Positions 22,344 to 35,117 of a stretch of DNA of 64,000 nucleotides are shown piece by piece. Location: the NCBI GenBank assembly GCA_963717525.1, contig OY970343.1, positions 832,001 to 896,000 on the forward strand, in the 5' to 3' direction. This DNA is from an uncultured Methanoregulaceae archaeon. Lineage in GTDB: Archaea > Halobacteriota > Methanomicrobia > Methanomicrobiales > Methanospirillaceae. The translations under genes were made by a program, and so were the position numbers. The notes under the pieces were generated by a model. The model saw nothing but the letters and a program-made list of their open reading frames with translations, had not been told where the DNA came from and did no database searches. The stretch's first letter is position 1. Each line of letters starts with the position of its first letter.

Positions 22344-23671
22344 CTACTGAACATAAGGGTACCGCAGGAGCAGCGGTTTACCGGCCGGTAACACTTTCTC
22401 GCGGATGGTACGGCTGATCTCCTGCAGGCTTACCGGGTAATACCCGATAACTTCGGCACTCACGTTGATCCTTTTTCCTGCCGGATCGATAAACGGGAAT
22501 GCGCGAAGATTGTTGTTGTGGTGGTGGCCGTGAATGATCCATCCGGAAAAACCTGCCGGGGTGTCAGCCGGATCATGCACAAGAAGAAATTCAAGCCCGT
22601 CACAGGTAAGAAAAGCAGAGGTGACCCTCTGCTCTGCTTTCCTGTCATGGTTCCCGGCTATAAAGGTAATTTTCCCGTTCAGGAGAACTCGGTACTCCGC
22701 GTCCGGGCGGGCGTCCCATCCATACCGCAGATCGCCAAGGAAGTATACGTGGTCATTGCCGGAGACACAATAATTCCAGTTGGCGATCAGAACCCGGTCC
22801 ATCTCGGCAGTATCTGAAGGTATGAACGGGCGCGAACAGTACCCGGATGATATTTGCATGGCCAAGGTGGAGATCTGAAATAAGAAAGATCTCACCGGGG
22901 TTATGAGGAACCTGGCAGGAAAGTTCAAATCCTGCAGCCATTCGGGTACTGCGCCATTGTCTTCTGCCACGACAGGGGATCCCGGATTTCCTTTGGTGTG
23001 AGCCACCGCTGTCGGAGCAGGTCGTACTCGCCAAGGATCTCATCGTCATGCATTACAGTAATCCTGAGGCCCGCATCATCGAGCAGGACCTGCCGTACCG
23101 GAAGCCTGTGAAGGTGTCTGAAAAATCCTATTCGCCCGTTTATTGTGGAAAGACAGGAGTGAAAGAAAGCGGCTATTGATCCGGGTTGTGAAATGCGGGG
23201 AGATTCAGCCTGCATCGCCGCAAGACCTTTCATCATCTCTCCGGCCTTGCCATCAGGAAGGCGGTTTGCGATGGTGGCATGGAACCATTTCCCTTCGGCC
23301 TGCAGGTCCCATGGGTTCAGGCTGATAGTAAAACCGGAGAGTGTCCGGGCAATCGTTGCGGTCAGGCCGACAAGTGCCGGGGATGCCCTGACGGAAAATG
23401 CTACCACGCCGCCATGCATTCCATCCCGCTGCTCCCAATCTTCGAGAGTGAACGGAACTGCGCCAGTCTGTGCAGCACATGCAGATATCCTATCAAGAAG
23501 ATCCTGCTCCCGGGAAGGATTATCAAGGGTAAAAGGGCCATAAAGAGTTATATGCGGGTGACGTTCCCTATAGCGCTCAGCACCAAACTTCTGTACGATA
23601 AAACGGGTAATATCCTTTACCCGCCATCTGGTACGGGCAAGACGGATCTCGACAAGATAGGTGTCGTCCAT
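22344..23671 (-). CDS. 2H phosphoesterase (2'-5' RNA ligase-like) fused to a calcineurin-like metallophosphoesterase; two frameshifts (about 22945 and 22843)
   Basis: HITL and HATI 2H motifs. Across three frames: MAQY-RMAAGFELS...ISDLHLGHANIIR-YCSRPF, then LGDL, GNHD, VHDP, HGHHH, INVSAE. Confidence 0.75.
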
Positions 23672-23961
23672 GCACTATTCGCCACAGGTACAGGTTTATT
23701 GGCGATGGAGGATTAAAATGCTGCCCGGGACCAGCATGCTCCTACGCTGGAATGTCAATTTATGAACTGTAGTGGTGAGGATCCGAATGTATTCCTATCC
23801 CAGACCTGGGGATTATTTGAAGATTCAGCTCCAGAGGGTATACTTTTTCTTATAAAAGGGTTACTTTACGGGCAATATCAGTAAAATATAATTTAATATC
23901 TGAAACAATACCGCACAATTTATAGCATAAGCAGTAGATATTCTCGATTTGGTAATTTTCT

Positions 23962-26227
23962 ATGAGATCCATATCCGTAGCATGTCTCCTCGCGGGAGTT
24001 GTTCTCCTTCTCGTGATGATAACTCCCTGTCTGGCTGATTCTAGCAGCTCGCAGGCCAGCCTACATCGTAGTTGGTCAGGGACCGGTTGCACAATTCAGT
24101 GCGGCCTATGCGTATCCGGTTGTTCCGACACAGGTAATCTTTAAGGATTACTCTCAGGGCTCTACACCGATGACCTACCTGTGGAACTTTGGTGACGGGC
24201 AGACATCCACAGACCAGAATCCCACGCACACTTACATCCAACAGGGATTGTACACTGTATCCCTAACCGTAACCAACGCGTATGGGTCAAATACAGCAGT
24301 AAAAAATAATTATATTGCGATCGGGGTAAGTCCCGCAGCAAACTTTGTTGCAACCCCGATCTCGGGAACTGCTCCACAAAACGTACAGTTTACGGATCTC
24401 TCCGGAGGGGGGGCCACAAGCTGGCTCTGGGACTTTGGTGACGGACAGACCTCCACAGCCCAGAACCCCACGCACACCTATTATGCCGGGGGAACTTATA
24501 CGGTAATCCTGACCGTCTCCAACGGTTTTGGATCATCAGTAGCTACCAAGAACCAGTATATTGTTGTCGCAGGACAACTCCAGTCCAAATTTGTTTCAAA
24601 CCCAACCCAGGGTCCGACTCCGCTCACGGTCATGTTTACGGATAAATCTCTCGGTGCCCCGACCACATGGAACTGGGACTTTGGTGACGGCTCAACATCG
24701 ACAGTCCAGTACCCGACTCACACATATACAACACCGGGCGTCTATACCGTAAAACTCACTGTCGGCCTGGGTAGTATGTCCGATACTTCAAGCCAGATTA
24801 TTGATGCCGGTGGAGTGCCGCTCGCTGATTTTGTTGCTACCCCGATGCAGACAAATGTGATGAATCCCATCCAGTTCACCGATCATTCAACTAACTCTCC
24901 CACATCGTGGAACTGGAATTTCGGGGACACGGCCACCTCTACCGACCAGAACCCCACACACTCCTACCAGCTCAATGGTCTTTACACAGTTACCCTGACT
25001 GCAGCCAACAGCAACGGTCAGGACTCGCTAACAAAAGTCAATTATATCAACGTTGGCCTGGCTCCCGTCGCTGCTTTCCGGCCGGTCATCAATCCATCCC
25101 AGATCTCAAGTATCCCCCTGACGGTAAGTTTTGTTGATCAATCTACCAATATGCCTACCTCATGGAGCTGGGACTTTGGCGATGGTTCGACTTCAACTGA
25201 TCAGAATCCTTCCCATCTCTACATGCAGGCCGGGACCTACACTGTTACCCTGACAGCCACAAATGCGTTTGGCAGCAATACCGTCGTGAAAAGCAACCTG
25301 ATCGATGTGGGAAATAACATCGCTGTTGACTTTGCTGCTGATCACACAACCGTTGGTGTCGGGCAGCTGGTGACGTTCACAGATCTTTCAACCAATTCCC
25401 CGACCAACTGGGTATGGGAGTATGGTGATGGTACCATAGGATCGGGATCACCGAACCCGAACCATGCCTATACGGCTGTTGGTGTTTATAGCGTTACGCT
25501 GACGGCATCAAACCCCACAATGACCAACAGTCTGACAAAGACCCAGTATATTACCGTCCTGAACCTCCCGCGTGCAAACTTTGCTGCCTCCCCGACACGT
25601 GGCGGTGCTCCCCTTGCAGTCACTTTTGCGGATCAGTCAACCGGTACGCCCACATCGTGGACATGGGACTTTGGAGATCGTTCAACCTCATCATCCCAGA
25701 ACCCGGTCCATACCTATTCCCAGCTTGGTACCTATACGGTAACGCTTACGGTGACAAACCAGAATGGTTCCGACACTACAACGAAAACGGATTACATTGT
25801 AGTTACCCTTGCACCGGTAGCGGACTTTACCGTAGACCAGCGGATTGGTAATGCACCATTTATTGTGCAGTTCAGGGATCTCTCGACCAATAACCCGACA
25901 TCCTGGCTCTGGCAGTTTGGTGACGGTACCACATCCACCGACCAGAATCCACGTCACGTGTATCCTTACATCGGTGCTTACAATGTCACACTGACCGCGA
26001 CCAACCAGTACGGTAGTGATACCGCCTACAAGGCAGGTAATGCGACAACGTTAATACCAATCCAGGCCCCGACCACAGCTCCCCCTGTAGTAACCAATGC
26101 TCCAACCGTTGTCGCGACCACGGTTGCACCGGCGACAACCACGCAGTCCCCGATATCTGCAGTCCTCCCGGTCCTGGCCGTTGCTCTGGGCTTGCTGGCA
26201 TTTGCCGGGTTATACCGGCGGAAATAA
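23962..26227 (+). CDS. Secreted cell-surface protein with 8 PKD domains; frameshift near 24061
   Basis: Signal peptide MRSISVACLLAGVVLLLVMITPCLA. Removing one C joins it to eight W(D/N/E/Q)(F/Y)GD repeats. Thr/Pro linker, C-terminal TM and RRK. Confidence 0.9.
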
Positions 26228-26623
26228 TTTTATTTTTTATTGCTCCTGGGCAGTAACGGGATATTAATCCGATGGGGGACACTATTTTGTTTAGTACCCA
26301 GAGATAATGTGCAGCATTTGAAACGATGTGGGCGTATCCCCTTAGATTATAATCTAAAATCTTTATCAGGTAACTGCATCGCGTTCAAATCCTTTTTCGT
26401 GAATAGAGATTGTCGCATTGTTTTTCGATTAAAGAAGTGGTAGGAATCACTCTTACGAATTTCTCCAGCTGAACATTTCCACGATAATCGTTGTAGCCTC
26501 GATAGATGAAAACACAGACATTTCAGGGATTGAAGGAAGCAAAATGGCAAACTTTATCGGCAGACAATTCGTAAAATGGAGGAATATCTAATCCTTAAAA
26601 ACGAAAAAAAATCTTTAAACACC

Positions 26624-27337
26624 TTAATATTTCCTTCTGACCGCGATGTACCAGAATGCAGCAGCGACAATGACAATTGCTATCAGAACGATCTCAACCG
26701 CATATTTTACATAAACCGGAGTCTCGGTTGCCGCGAGTTTCTCTGCGTTCTGGAGATTTCCTTCAAGATAGGGGTAGCTGGGATCCAGCTGCTCTACTTT
26801 CTGGAATGCAGCAACGCCCTCGGTACACCGGCCCATGCCGCAGAGTGCGTACGCCTTGTTGAACCAGGCCTCGGCATTGTCCGGATCAATACTGATTGCC
26901 TGGTTGAAGGCATCCAGTTGCTTGTTGTAATAGATATCTGCCGTGGTTTTGTCATTGAGCTGGTTCTGGTAATAGGAACCAATATTGTATAAGATCAGCC
27001 CGTGGTTTATCCATGCCGGAGCCGAGGAGGAATTGAGAGCCAGTGACTGGTTGGACGCGTCAAGGGCAAGGTTTAAGGTGGCAAGCGGGTTTGAGGTGTA
27101 CGGGTTTGCACGATTAAGGACATCTGCCATGCCATCCCATGCCTCAGCATTGGCAGAATCGAGTGAAATCGCCTGTTTGTAGTCATACAAGGCTGCAGTG
27201 TAATTTCCCGCGGCAGTCTGGTTTTGCCCGGCAGCATACCAGCCCGCTTCATCAACCGGGTCTGATACCGCTGGCGGGATAACAAAGATACACAATGCAA
27301 GCAGGAGCAGGACGAGAACAATTATTCTGGATCTCAT
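26624..27337 (-). CDS. Membrane-anchored extracellular TPR protein
   Basis: Signal peptide, repeats such as DPDNAEAWFNKAYAL, C-terminal TM and RRKY. Confidence 0.82.
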   Translation of the reverse strand: MRSRIIVLVLLLLALCIFVIPPAVSDPVDEAGWYAAGQNQTAAGNYTAALYDYKQAISLDSANAEAWDGMADVLNRANPYTSNPLATLNLALDASNQSLALNSSSAPAWINHGLILYNIGSYYQNQLNDKTTADIYYNKQLDAFNQAISIDPDNAEAWFNKAYALCGMGRCTEGVAAFQKVEQLDPSYPYLEGNLQNAEKLAATETPVYVKYAVEIVLIAIVIVAAAFWYIAVRRKY

Positions 27338-27397
27338 ATTACGAAATATATGAGGCACGGTTTCCTCATAAGAATTACCACGTCCCCTTCGGGAACC

Positions 27398-28367
27398 TTA
27401 TTTCCGGAGCACGAGTATATGGCGTGTGAGACTCTTATGCACCCTCTGGGTGTGGTGCTGGAGGACATTCATGTGCTGCATAGCAATACCGGAGATATCA
27501 CGGTGTGTGACTATGACTGCCCGGGATCCTGACTGCAGGACACGGCTGATCTCGTCAAGAGAATCATGGTACAAGCGCTCCATGGTATCCGCTTTTTTGA
27601 TGCAGACTGACTGGCCGTAGGGAAAATCGGTCACAACTGCATCCACCACTCGTTCCCGTAACGGAAGGCGGGTGGTATCGGCAAGAAGGAGGGCACTTTT
27701 GCGGACATTCCCGGCACTTCCCCGGATCATCAGGGGATCGAAATCGCTGCCCAGTGTATGGATTCCAAGCATCTCCGCTTCGATCAGGATCCCACCGGTC
27801 CCACAGAACGGATCGAGCAGGGTGGCCCCGGTACCGCAAAGAGAGAGGTTGACAAGTGTCCGTGCCATGCGGGGCATCATGACCCCGGGATGGAAGAATT
27901 CGCGCCGGCCCGGGTTGCGGCTGTCGTATCCCCCTCGATCGATCCGATACAGGACCCTGCCGAAATAACATCGATCCTGAGAAAGGATTGCACGGTACTC
28001 CACGACCGGGTTGATAAGCCTGACGGGCCCGGAAATCATCGTGCCGATCAACCGTTCGAACTCCCTTTGTGAGCAGGGATTTTCTTCCTGGCAGCCTTCG
28101 TGCACCATCTTGGCCCGGCCGGCAAAAGGCTTGTCGGTGGTGAGAGAGAGATCAGAGAGAAGGTGTTTAAACGAGCCTGATATCCGGGGCGCATTCACCA
28201 AGGTACTCCAGCACGATATGGGTCATCGCAAGACGCCGGGCCTCCTGCGGATAAGAGCATTCGGCCACCGCAACCTGCGGCCGGGAGTCGGTAACTGCGG
28301 CAACGCATTCGATTTCAGCGCATGGCAGGGTCGGGTTCTCTCCCGAGAGCTCAAAAAGGAGCTTCAT
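27398..28367 (-). CDS. trm11: tRNA (guanine(10)-N2)-methyltransferase (TrmG10/Trm11 family); frameshift near 28177
   Basis: N-terminus MKLLFELSGENPTLP; FFHPGVMMPRMARTLVN, LDPFCGTGGILIEA, TDFPYG. Confidence 0.85.
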
Positions 28368-28611
28368 TCTCACAGGTATGAGGCGGCTATCCAGAAATAC
28401 CTGCGTGAAATGCCGGTCATCGTGCCGGAAGACGATGATACGTTCAAAAGTTAGAGCATTTATCCGGAAAATTACGTGATGGTCAATGATAAAAGCGGGC
28501 CTGAACTGGAAGTCACTGTTGAAAGGATTCAAGAAAAGATCGTTGCGAAACACCGGTAATTAGCGGTGGCCTATTATAAGGGAACAAACGAGGCAGAGTA
28601 TGAAAAAGAAG

Positions 28612-31242
28612 TTAATTGATAGTAAGGCCCTGCACCACCGCTGCGTCAGATACATTGAAGGTGGTGCCGGTTCCCTCGATCTGGTAGGGCCCGGTTGCAT
28701 GTACACCGGATATATTCCCGGTCGTGGCATATGGCACGACAAATTCCCCGTTCACGCTTGTCTGGCGGTACGCGAAGTTCCTGCCCGTATTGGTCACAAG
28801 TGGAAGATCAATAATACCGGATCCTTTGATATGTGCCCCTTTGACATACTCGAAGATTTTGACATATTGAATAGTTGATATATTGGAGCTGGATACCGTT
28901 GTGGGCGATTCATGGATAAGTCGGTAGTGCTGCAGTGCCGGAATATCGGTGATCGGTGACGAAAACTGCACGTTCAGTGCGGCTGCATGATACCCGGGCT
29001 GGGCCTGCTGGTTGTACTGGGCGGCAGCGTTGATCGCGTCGGATGCATTCATTTGCTTGACATTCACGAGTTCCGGAAGTGATGTCTGGGTTACCGAGGG
29101 ATCCGAATACTCAACATAATATGCCGAACCCGCGGTAGCCATCGAGCCATCATAATTATGGAGTCGCGAGATCATGGTGGAATAATACGCCGGTTCGTTG
29201 AGCATGACGGACTGGTATATGTTGGGATTTGACTGGCTGGGCATCATCAGGGACAACTGGTAGGACCCGGGGGTGGAGGTAGCATTTGTGAGACTGTACC
29301 ACGTCGCCATAGCATAGAATTTCCCGGTGTCCATCTCGGCATCGGTGATCACGTACCGCGTCCCGTCATGATCGAGGATCGTATCTGCGGTCGATTCATC
29401 TGTTGCCATGAAATACGCAGCAGCCCCATCAGGACCTGTGACTCCTGCCTGGAAAGGATTTGCGTTGGGGATCCGGTGGGCGATGTACGTGATCAGATGG
29501 CCATAGTCCCACCAGGACATGACCCCGTAGGAGGTATTCGGATAGGTAAATGTACTCTTATCATAGATCGCATAATAGTTCACACCCGGATCCGGGGTGT
29601 TGTTTGCCATCCACGCAAGCGACTCCTGCCAGTCAGGATTGATCGCCTGGGTATCGCTGGAGGATGCGACATAGTTTGCCAGAACCGAGGTGATGACAAA
29701 GAGTGCCGCAAGGATGACAGTGCCAACAAAAATCACCATAGCCGGTATATCGTTCTCCCGGTGTGCATCCCGCTTAGCTTTTGCCCCCTTGCCTTTTCCT
29801 TTCTTCTGTCGTTCCGGTCGTGCCGGTTCATCTGCTGCGGCACCAGTTTTCGGTCCCGGTTCATTACTCCCGGAAGAGAGCCCCAGCCGGGAAAGCACCG
29901 GCCCTGCCCCGTAATTCCATGCGCATCCAAGACACAGCGCGGAGAGGAGGGCGATATTCACCGCAAAATAATACTCGTACTTGATCCGCTGGATGGTGCA
30001 GACCAGCATGACAACGGACCAGATGAGGACAAAGACCTCCCCCTGCTCCTCCTTCTTAAAAGTCTGCCAGAGAAGGAGGATGATGCCGCCGGCGGCAAGG
30101 ACAAGACCGAAATTAAACGTCCCCCATGCCTGGGCAAGGCTCCAGGGAATATCTTCTTCAACCGTGGAGATAATTGGAGCCTGGCCAAAGAATCCTACAA
30201 GGCCGCCGGTAAAATCCGAGAATAATGCTGGGAAAATGAGAGCAAGAATGGCCGCGAATATGATTGCGATCGCTACGAGCGAGGCAATGTAGTAATATTT
30301 TTTCCTTTCTTTGAGATAGTCTGACAAGAGATAGAGGAATATGGTGGCTGCGATAAGCAGGGTGTACGAAATGACAGGGCCGATAGAATAGGTAGACAGA
30401 CCGATCCCCGGATCCTTAAAACCAAACAGGAGAAGGCCAATGATAACGACACCGAACACGACGGTGTTGACCAGTGCGAGGTACAGGTTTGAGATGGACC
30501 GGTGGTGATTGACCACGGCCTGGACAAAGGTAAAGATCGCAGCAATCAGGGCAAAGACGATGATGGTTTCAATATTGAGGATCCCCACGAAGAAAGCAAT
30601 GCCGGAAAGCACGGCGAAGAGAAGAACCTCTTTGTAGGTCGAAAGATCTGCAAGCACGATCTTCGTCTTCTTTGCCTTAAGTAGGGTGTAGAGGTAAAGA
30701 AGGCAGAAGAGTGTGCTGAAAAGGGTCTCCCCGATATGATGGTACAGGGAGCCGTACATGGAGCGGAAGAAGAACTGCCCTGATACTGAAGCGATCATAA
30801 ATGCGGCAAACAAACCGGTCTTCCAGTCCGCCACTGTCTTGCCCAGCCAGTACATGACAAAGACCATTATCACCGCTTCTAGGACGGGAATGAACAGGGA
30901 GACGGTGATGATCTGCGCGGGGGTGGTGGCATGGACGAGGATTGCCGCACAGGAACACAGGTAGGTCAGGAGAGGCCCCCAGTATACCGTTGATCCGACC
31001 GGGAATTGTGTCATCGGGTCAAACCATGCGTAGTTTGGGAAATTTGCGAGCGTCAGGTCGATCTGGCGGAGCGCATAGATAGGATCATCGGGCTGGACGA
31101 GGGAGAACACATCGCCATTCCCGAGGTTGAGGAGCGGAATGATCCGGATCCAGAACATGAAGAGGGCTGAGATAACAAGAAGTGCAAGGATAATATATGT
31201 CCGGTGTTTTGGGTTATCGAACAGGTCCACAGCATTCACCAC
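28612..31242 (-). CDS. aglB: Archaeal oligosaccharyltransferase (STT3 family)
   Basis: DDPIYALR, multi-TM N-terminal half, STVEE, WWDYGH, PNANPFQ, DTGK. Confidence 0.95.
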   Translation of the reverse strand: MVNAVDLFDNPKHRTYIILALLVISALFMFWIRIIPLLNLGNGDVFSLVQPDDPIYALRQIDLTLANFPNYAWFDPMTQFPVGSTVYWGPLLTYLCSCAAILVHATTPAQIITVSLFIPVLEAVIMVFVMYWLGKTVADWKTGLFAAFMIASVSGQFFFRSMYGSLYHHIGETLFSTLFCLLYLYTLLKAKKTKIVLADLSTYKEVLLFAVLSGIAFFVGILNIETIIVFALIAAIFTFVQAVVNHHRSISNLYLALVNTVVFGVVIIGLLLFGFKDPGIGLSTYSIGPVISYTLLIAATIFLYLLSDYLKERKKYYYIASLVAIAIIFAAILALIFPALFSDFTGGLVGFFGQAPIISTVEEDIPWSLAQAWGTFNFGLVLAAGGIILLLWQTFKKEEQGEVFVLIWSVVMLVCTIQRIKYEYYFAVNIALLSALCLGCAWNYGAGPVLSRLGLSSGSNEPGPKTGAAADEPARPERQKKGKGKGAKAKRDAHRENDIPAMVIFVGTVILAALFVITSVLANYVASSSDTQAINPDWQESLAWMANNTPDPGVNYYAIYDKSTFTYPNTSYGVMSWWDYGHLITYIAHRIPNANPFQAGVTGPDGAAAYFMATDESTADTILDHDGTRYVITDAEMDTGKFYAMATWYSLTNATSTPGSYQLSLMMPSQSNPNIYQSVMLNEPAYYSTMISRLHNYDGSMATAGSAYYVEYSDPSVTQTSLPELVNVKQMNASDAINAAAQYNQQAQPGYHAAALNVQFSSPITDIPALQHYRLIHESPTTVSSSNISTIQYVKIFEYVKGAHIKGSGIIDLPLVTNTGRNFAYRQTSVNGEFVVPYATTGNISGVHATGPYQIEGTGTTFNVSDAAVVQGLTIN

Positions 31243-31483
31243 TACAATTCTGGAAAATTTTTGGTTTCCGGATGGATAAGGTTGTTCATAAGTATGGTCT
31301 TGTTTTCAGGGCATTATTTCGGCAGTTTTGTGCTCCCCTTATTGGTAACATAAACCGTGAACGAAAATATCAAAAATAGTTCAACATGTTTGCGAACCTT
31401 AAAGATAATCCGATATAGCCGCGACGAATCTGCAATTCTGCTCACAAAAATCTGGTGCAAAAAATTTTTAGGATTAAAAAGGA

Positions 31484-32612
31484 CTATTTCTTTCCCTTTT
31501 TCTTTCCCATGATCCCGGAGAATATCCCGCCTGCCTTGTCATCATGGCCTTCAAGCTCAGCAAGTTTCTGATAGAGATCCTTTGCCTCGCCCGATACACC
31601 TTTGGGGGTGATAATCTTCACTCTGACAAGGAGATCGCCGTGTTTACCGCGCCTCTTGACCCCCTCTCCTGCGATCCGGAGCGCAGTATTGAACTGGATA
31701 CCGGCCGGAATCTTCAGGTCGATGTGGCGTTTGTCGATGGTTTCAACCTCGACCGTGGTTCCAAGAACAGCTGAGGGTGGGGGAGATCTCAATCACTGTC
31801 TCGAGGTTGTCCCCGGTGCGCTCAAAGCGTTTGTGGGGGAGCACAAACATCTCAATGAAGAGATCACCGTTTGACGCACCGTAATCCCCAGCCTCCCCAT
31901 AGCCCTCCATGCGCAGGCGCATCCCATTGTCCACGCCGGCAGGGATATGGACTGTGACTTTGCGCTTTACCCGGGTATGACCGGAACCGTGGCATTCACG
32001 ACACTGCCGCTCCGGGATCTTGCCCCGACCGCCACACATGGTACAGGGTGTCATGCGGACAAACTGGCCGAACACGGACTGCTGGGTCTGGCGCATCTGC
32101 CCGCTTCCGCCACAGCGGGGACAGACATTGGTCTTTTTTGTCTCGCTGCCCGATCCCCCGCATGCAGCACAGGCCTCGCTGTGCAGGACCTCGATCTCCT
32201 TGTCGGTGCCCGCCACTGCCTCTTCGAGCGTGATCTGCATACGCATCAGGAGATCGGCGCCGGGCTGCGGGCCCGACCTGCGCTGGCTCCCACCAAAAAA
32301 GTCGAAGATATCCCCAAAACCGGAGAAATCTGAGGAAAAGCCGCCGCCCCCATAGCCTCCTGCACCGGTATAGGATCCTTTCGAGGCATTGGTAAACGTC
32401 TCGTGGCCCATGTTGTCGTACTGTGCCCGCTTCTGTGCGTCGGAGAGGACGCTGTATGCCTCGTTGATAGACTTGAACTTCTCTTCCGCTCCCGGATCCT
32501 TGCAGACATCCGGGTGGTATTTCCGGGCGAGGTTGCGATAGGCTTTCTGGATCTCTTTCTCATCAGCCGTCCTCGGTACTCCGAGGGTGTCATAATAATC
32601 GCCCGAGACCAT
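31484..32612 (-). CDS. dnaJ: Chaperone DnaJ; frameshift near 31775
   Basis: J-domain HPD, G/F region, four CxxCxGxG repeats. C-terminal [11 protein letters not shown] continues in the next frame. Confidence 0.96.
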
Positions 32613-32618
32613 GAATGT

Positions 32619-34484
32619 TCACTCGTCTTTGACTTTGTAATCTGCATTAACTACGTTGTCGTCAGTCTTCTTTTCCGGTTCTGCTGACGAGGGGCCGTCA
32701 CTGCCGCCAGGCTGTGCACCCTGCTGTTGTGCAGTCTGCTCGGCCTGCATCTTCTGGTAGATCCTGGTGGTCGCAGCGTAGACTGCCTCAGTCAGGGTCT
32801 CCATGGACTTCTTGATCTCGTCCGGGTTGTCCCCGCCAAGGGCAGATTTTACCGCAGTAACACCCTCTTCAACTTTCTGCCTATCAGCGGTATCGAGTTT
32901 ATCGCCACTCTCCTTAAGCATCTTTTCTGCAGTAAAGACTGCCGTGTCTGCCTGATTATTGACCTCGATCTCCTCCTTCTTCTTCTTGTCCTCGGCCTCG
33001 AACTGTTTTGCCGCGTTCATCATTTTTTTGATATCTTCGTCCGAGAGCTTCTTGTCTCCCTTGATAGAGATTGCCTGCTCGTTACCGGTCCCGAGATCCT
33101 TTGCCGACACGTGGATGATACCGTTTGAATCAATATCGAAAGTGACCTCAATCTGCGGGATGCCGCGGGGAGCCGGCGGAATGCCCGTGAGCTGAAACTT
33201 ACCCAGCGTAAAATTGTCCTTTGCAAAGGCGCGTTCTCCCTGCACGACATGGATCTCCACACTGGTCTGCCCATCGGCCGCGGTCGAGAAGATCTGACTT
33301 TTCCGGGTGGGGATCGTGGTATTGCGCTCGATAAGCTTGGTTGAAATGCCGCCGAGTGTTTCGATACCGAGCGTGAGCGGGGTCACATCAAGGAGCACAA
33401 TATCCTTGGTCTCCCCGGTCAGCACCGCACCCTGGATGCCGGCTCCCAGCGCTACACATTCATCCGGGTTAATACCCTTGTCAGGCTCCTTGCCCAGCAG
33501 TTTTTTCACCGTTTCCTGCACGAGGGGAATTCGGGTTGACCCGCCAACAAGGAGAACATGGTCAATGTCTTTTGCAGTCAGTTTGGCATCACTCAATGCC
33601 TGGTTGACCGGCCCGACCGTGGAGTTCACGAGATCCCCAATGAGCTGTTCAAGTTTTGAACGGGACAGATCAATGTTGAGGAACTTGGGGCCGGTTGCAT
33701 CGGTCGTGATGTAGGGCAGGTTTACGTTGGTCGCCTGGCGCTGGGAGAGCTCGATCTTTGCGTTTTCCGATGCATCGCGCAGGCGCTGCATGGCGTAGAT
33801 ATCGTTTTTGAGGTCAATACCCTCCTTCTTCTTAAACTCATCAACAAGGTAATCCGTGACAAGTTTGTCGAAATCGTCACCGCCGAGGTGATTATTACCC
33901 GCGGTGGCTTTGACCTCGAACACGCCTTCACCTAGCGTCAGGATGGAGACATCGAACGTGCCCCCGCCGAGATCATAGACAAGGACCGTAACGTCCTGTT
34001 CCTTGTCAATGCCGTATGCAAGGGCACTCGCGGTTGGTTCGTTGATGATGCGCAGGACTTCAAGGCCGGCAATCTTTCCGGCATCCTTTGTGGCCTGCCT
34101 CTGAGCATCATTAAAATACGCCGGTACGGTGATAACCGCTTTTGTTATTTTTTCTCCAAGATAGGCCTCCGCATCGACCTTAAGTTTCTGGAGGACCATC
34201 GCGGAAATTTCCTGGGGGGTGTACTCTTTGTTGCCAATCTTTACCTTCTCGGACGTTCCCATCTTTCGCTTGATGGACTGGATCGTGCGCAGGGGGTTGG
34301 CCACGGCTTGGCGTTTCGCAAGGCTTCCGACAAGACGCTCCCCTTCTTTGGTAAATGCAACAACGGACGGGGTTGTTCGGGCTCCTTCACTGTTAGGGAT
34401 AACGATGGGTTTGCCCGCCTCCATAATTGACATGCAGGAAAAGGTGGTCCCAAGGTCGATACCCAGAATTTTCTCATTTGCCAT
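32619..34484 (-). CDS. dnaK: Chaperone DnaK (Hsp70)
   Basis: [40 protein letters not shown]. Confidence 0.98.
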   Translation of the reverse strand: MANEKILGIDLGTTFSCMSIMEAGKPIVIPNSEGARTTPSVVAFTKEGERLVGSLAKRQAVANPLRTIQSIKRKMGTSEKVKIGNKEYTPQEISAMVLQKLKVDAEAYLGEKITKAVITVPAYFNDAQRQATKDAGKIAGLEVLRIINEPTASALAYGIDKEQDVTVLVYDLGGGTFDVSILTLGEGVFEVKATAGNNHLGGDDFDKLVTDYLVDEFKKKEGIDLKNDIYAMQRLRDASENAKIELSQRQATNVNLPYITTDATGPKFLNIDLSRSKLEQLIGDLVNSTVGPVNQALSDAKLTAKDIDHVLLVGGSTRIPLVQETVKKLLGKEPDKGINPDECVALGAGIQGAVLTGETKDIVLLDVTPLTLGIETLGGISTKLIERNTTIPTRKSQIFSTAADGQTSVEIHVVQGERAFAKDNFTLGKFQLTGIPPAPRGIPQIEVTFDIDSNGIIHVSAKDLGTGNEQAISIKGDKKLSDEDIKKMMNAAKQFEAEDKKKKEEIEVNNQADTAVFTAEKMLKESGDKLDTADRQKVEEGVTAVKSALGGDNPDEIKKSMETLTEAVYAATTRIYQKMQAEQTAQQQGAQPGGSDGPSSAEPEKKTDDNVVNADYKVKDE

Positions 34485-34520
34485 ATGAATCAGTCCTTGG
34501 TAATCTTCGTGAGTTTATAT

Positions 34521-35063
34521 TCAGATATTCATTTCATCGAGTGATTGTTTTCCTTTGGATACTGCAACCTTTGCGTACCGGATCACTTTGTTGTGCATTC
34601 GGTATCCGGGTGACACAACATCGACCACAATACCCTCTCTTTCCTCAGACGGTATGTGTGCGACGGCTTCATGCAAAGCCGGGTCGAAGGATGTTTTGAA
34701 TGCATCTATGGAAGTAATGCTATGTCGTGCAAGAATTCCGGTAAGCAGCTCGCGGATCTGTTCCACGCCAATCCGGAGATGATCCTCATCGGCCTTCAGC
34801 GCCCGGTCCAGGTTGTCCGCGATCTCCAGGATGTCAACTGCAAAGCGTTCGTTTGCATGCTGCGCTTGGGCCTCGTGATCCCGTGCTATCCGCTTCCGGT
34901 AATTGTCGAAATCCGCTGCGAGCCTGAGATATCGGTCGTTTAATTCTTCGAACCGCTTTTTCTGATCTTCAAGTTCATCACGTTGCTGAGGCGGCGGTGA
35001 TACCGGTGTCTCCGTCACTGCCGCATTATCGTCAGGCACAGGCATGGTATCGTAGTCTCCCAT
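34521..35063 (-). CDS. grpE: Nucleotide exchange factor GrpE
   Basis: LRLAADFDNYRKR, DNLDRAL, FDPALHEAV, GYRMHNKVIRYAKVAV. Confidence 0.95.
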   Translation of the reverse strand: MGDYDTMPVPDDNAAVTETPVSPPPQQRDELEDQKKRFEELNDRYLRLAADFDNYRKRIARDHEAQAQHANERFAVDILEIADNLDRALKADEDHLRIGVEQIRELLTGILARHSITSIDAFKTSFDPALHEAVAHIPSEEREGIVVDVVSPGYRMHNKVIRYAKVAVSKGKQSLDEMNI

Positions 35064-35106
35064 AGTTCATCCGATCCAATGTTCCATTATTTATTGAATT
35101 GTGGTT

Positions 35107-35117
35107 CTATATAAATA
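35107..35117 (-). promoter_or_regulatory. TATA box of the grpE-dnaK-dnaJ operon
   Basis: Minus strand reads TATTTATATAG about 45 nt upstream of the grpE start. Confidence 0.55.

Noticed and set aside
24170..26030. Nucleotide repeats such as GACTTTGGTGACGG and ACCGACCAGAA
   Set aside because: Explained by the eight PKD domain repeats.
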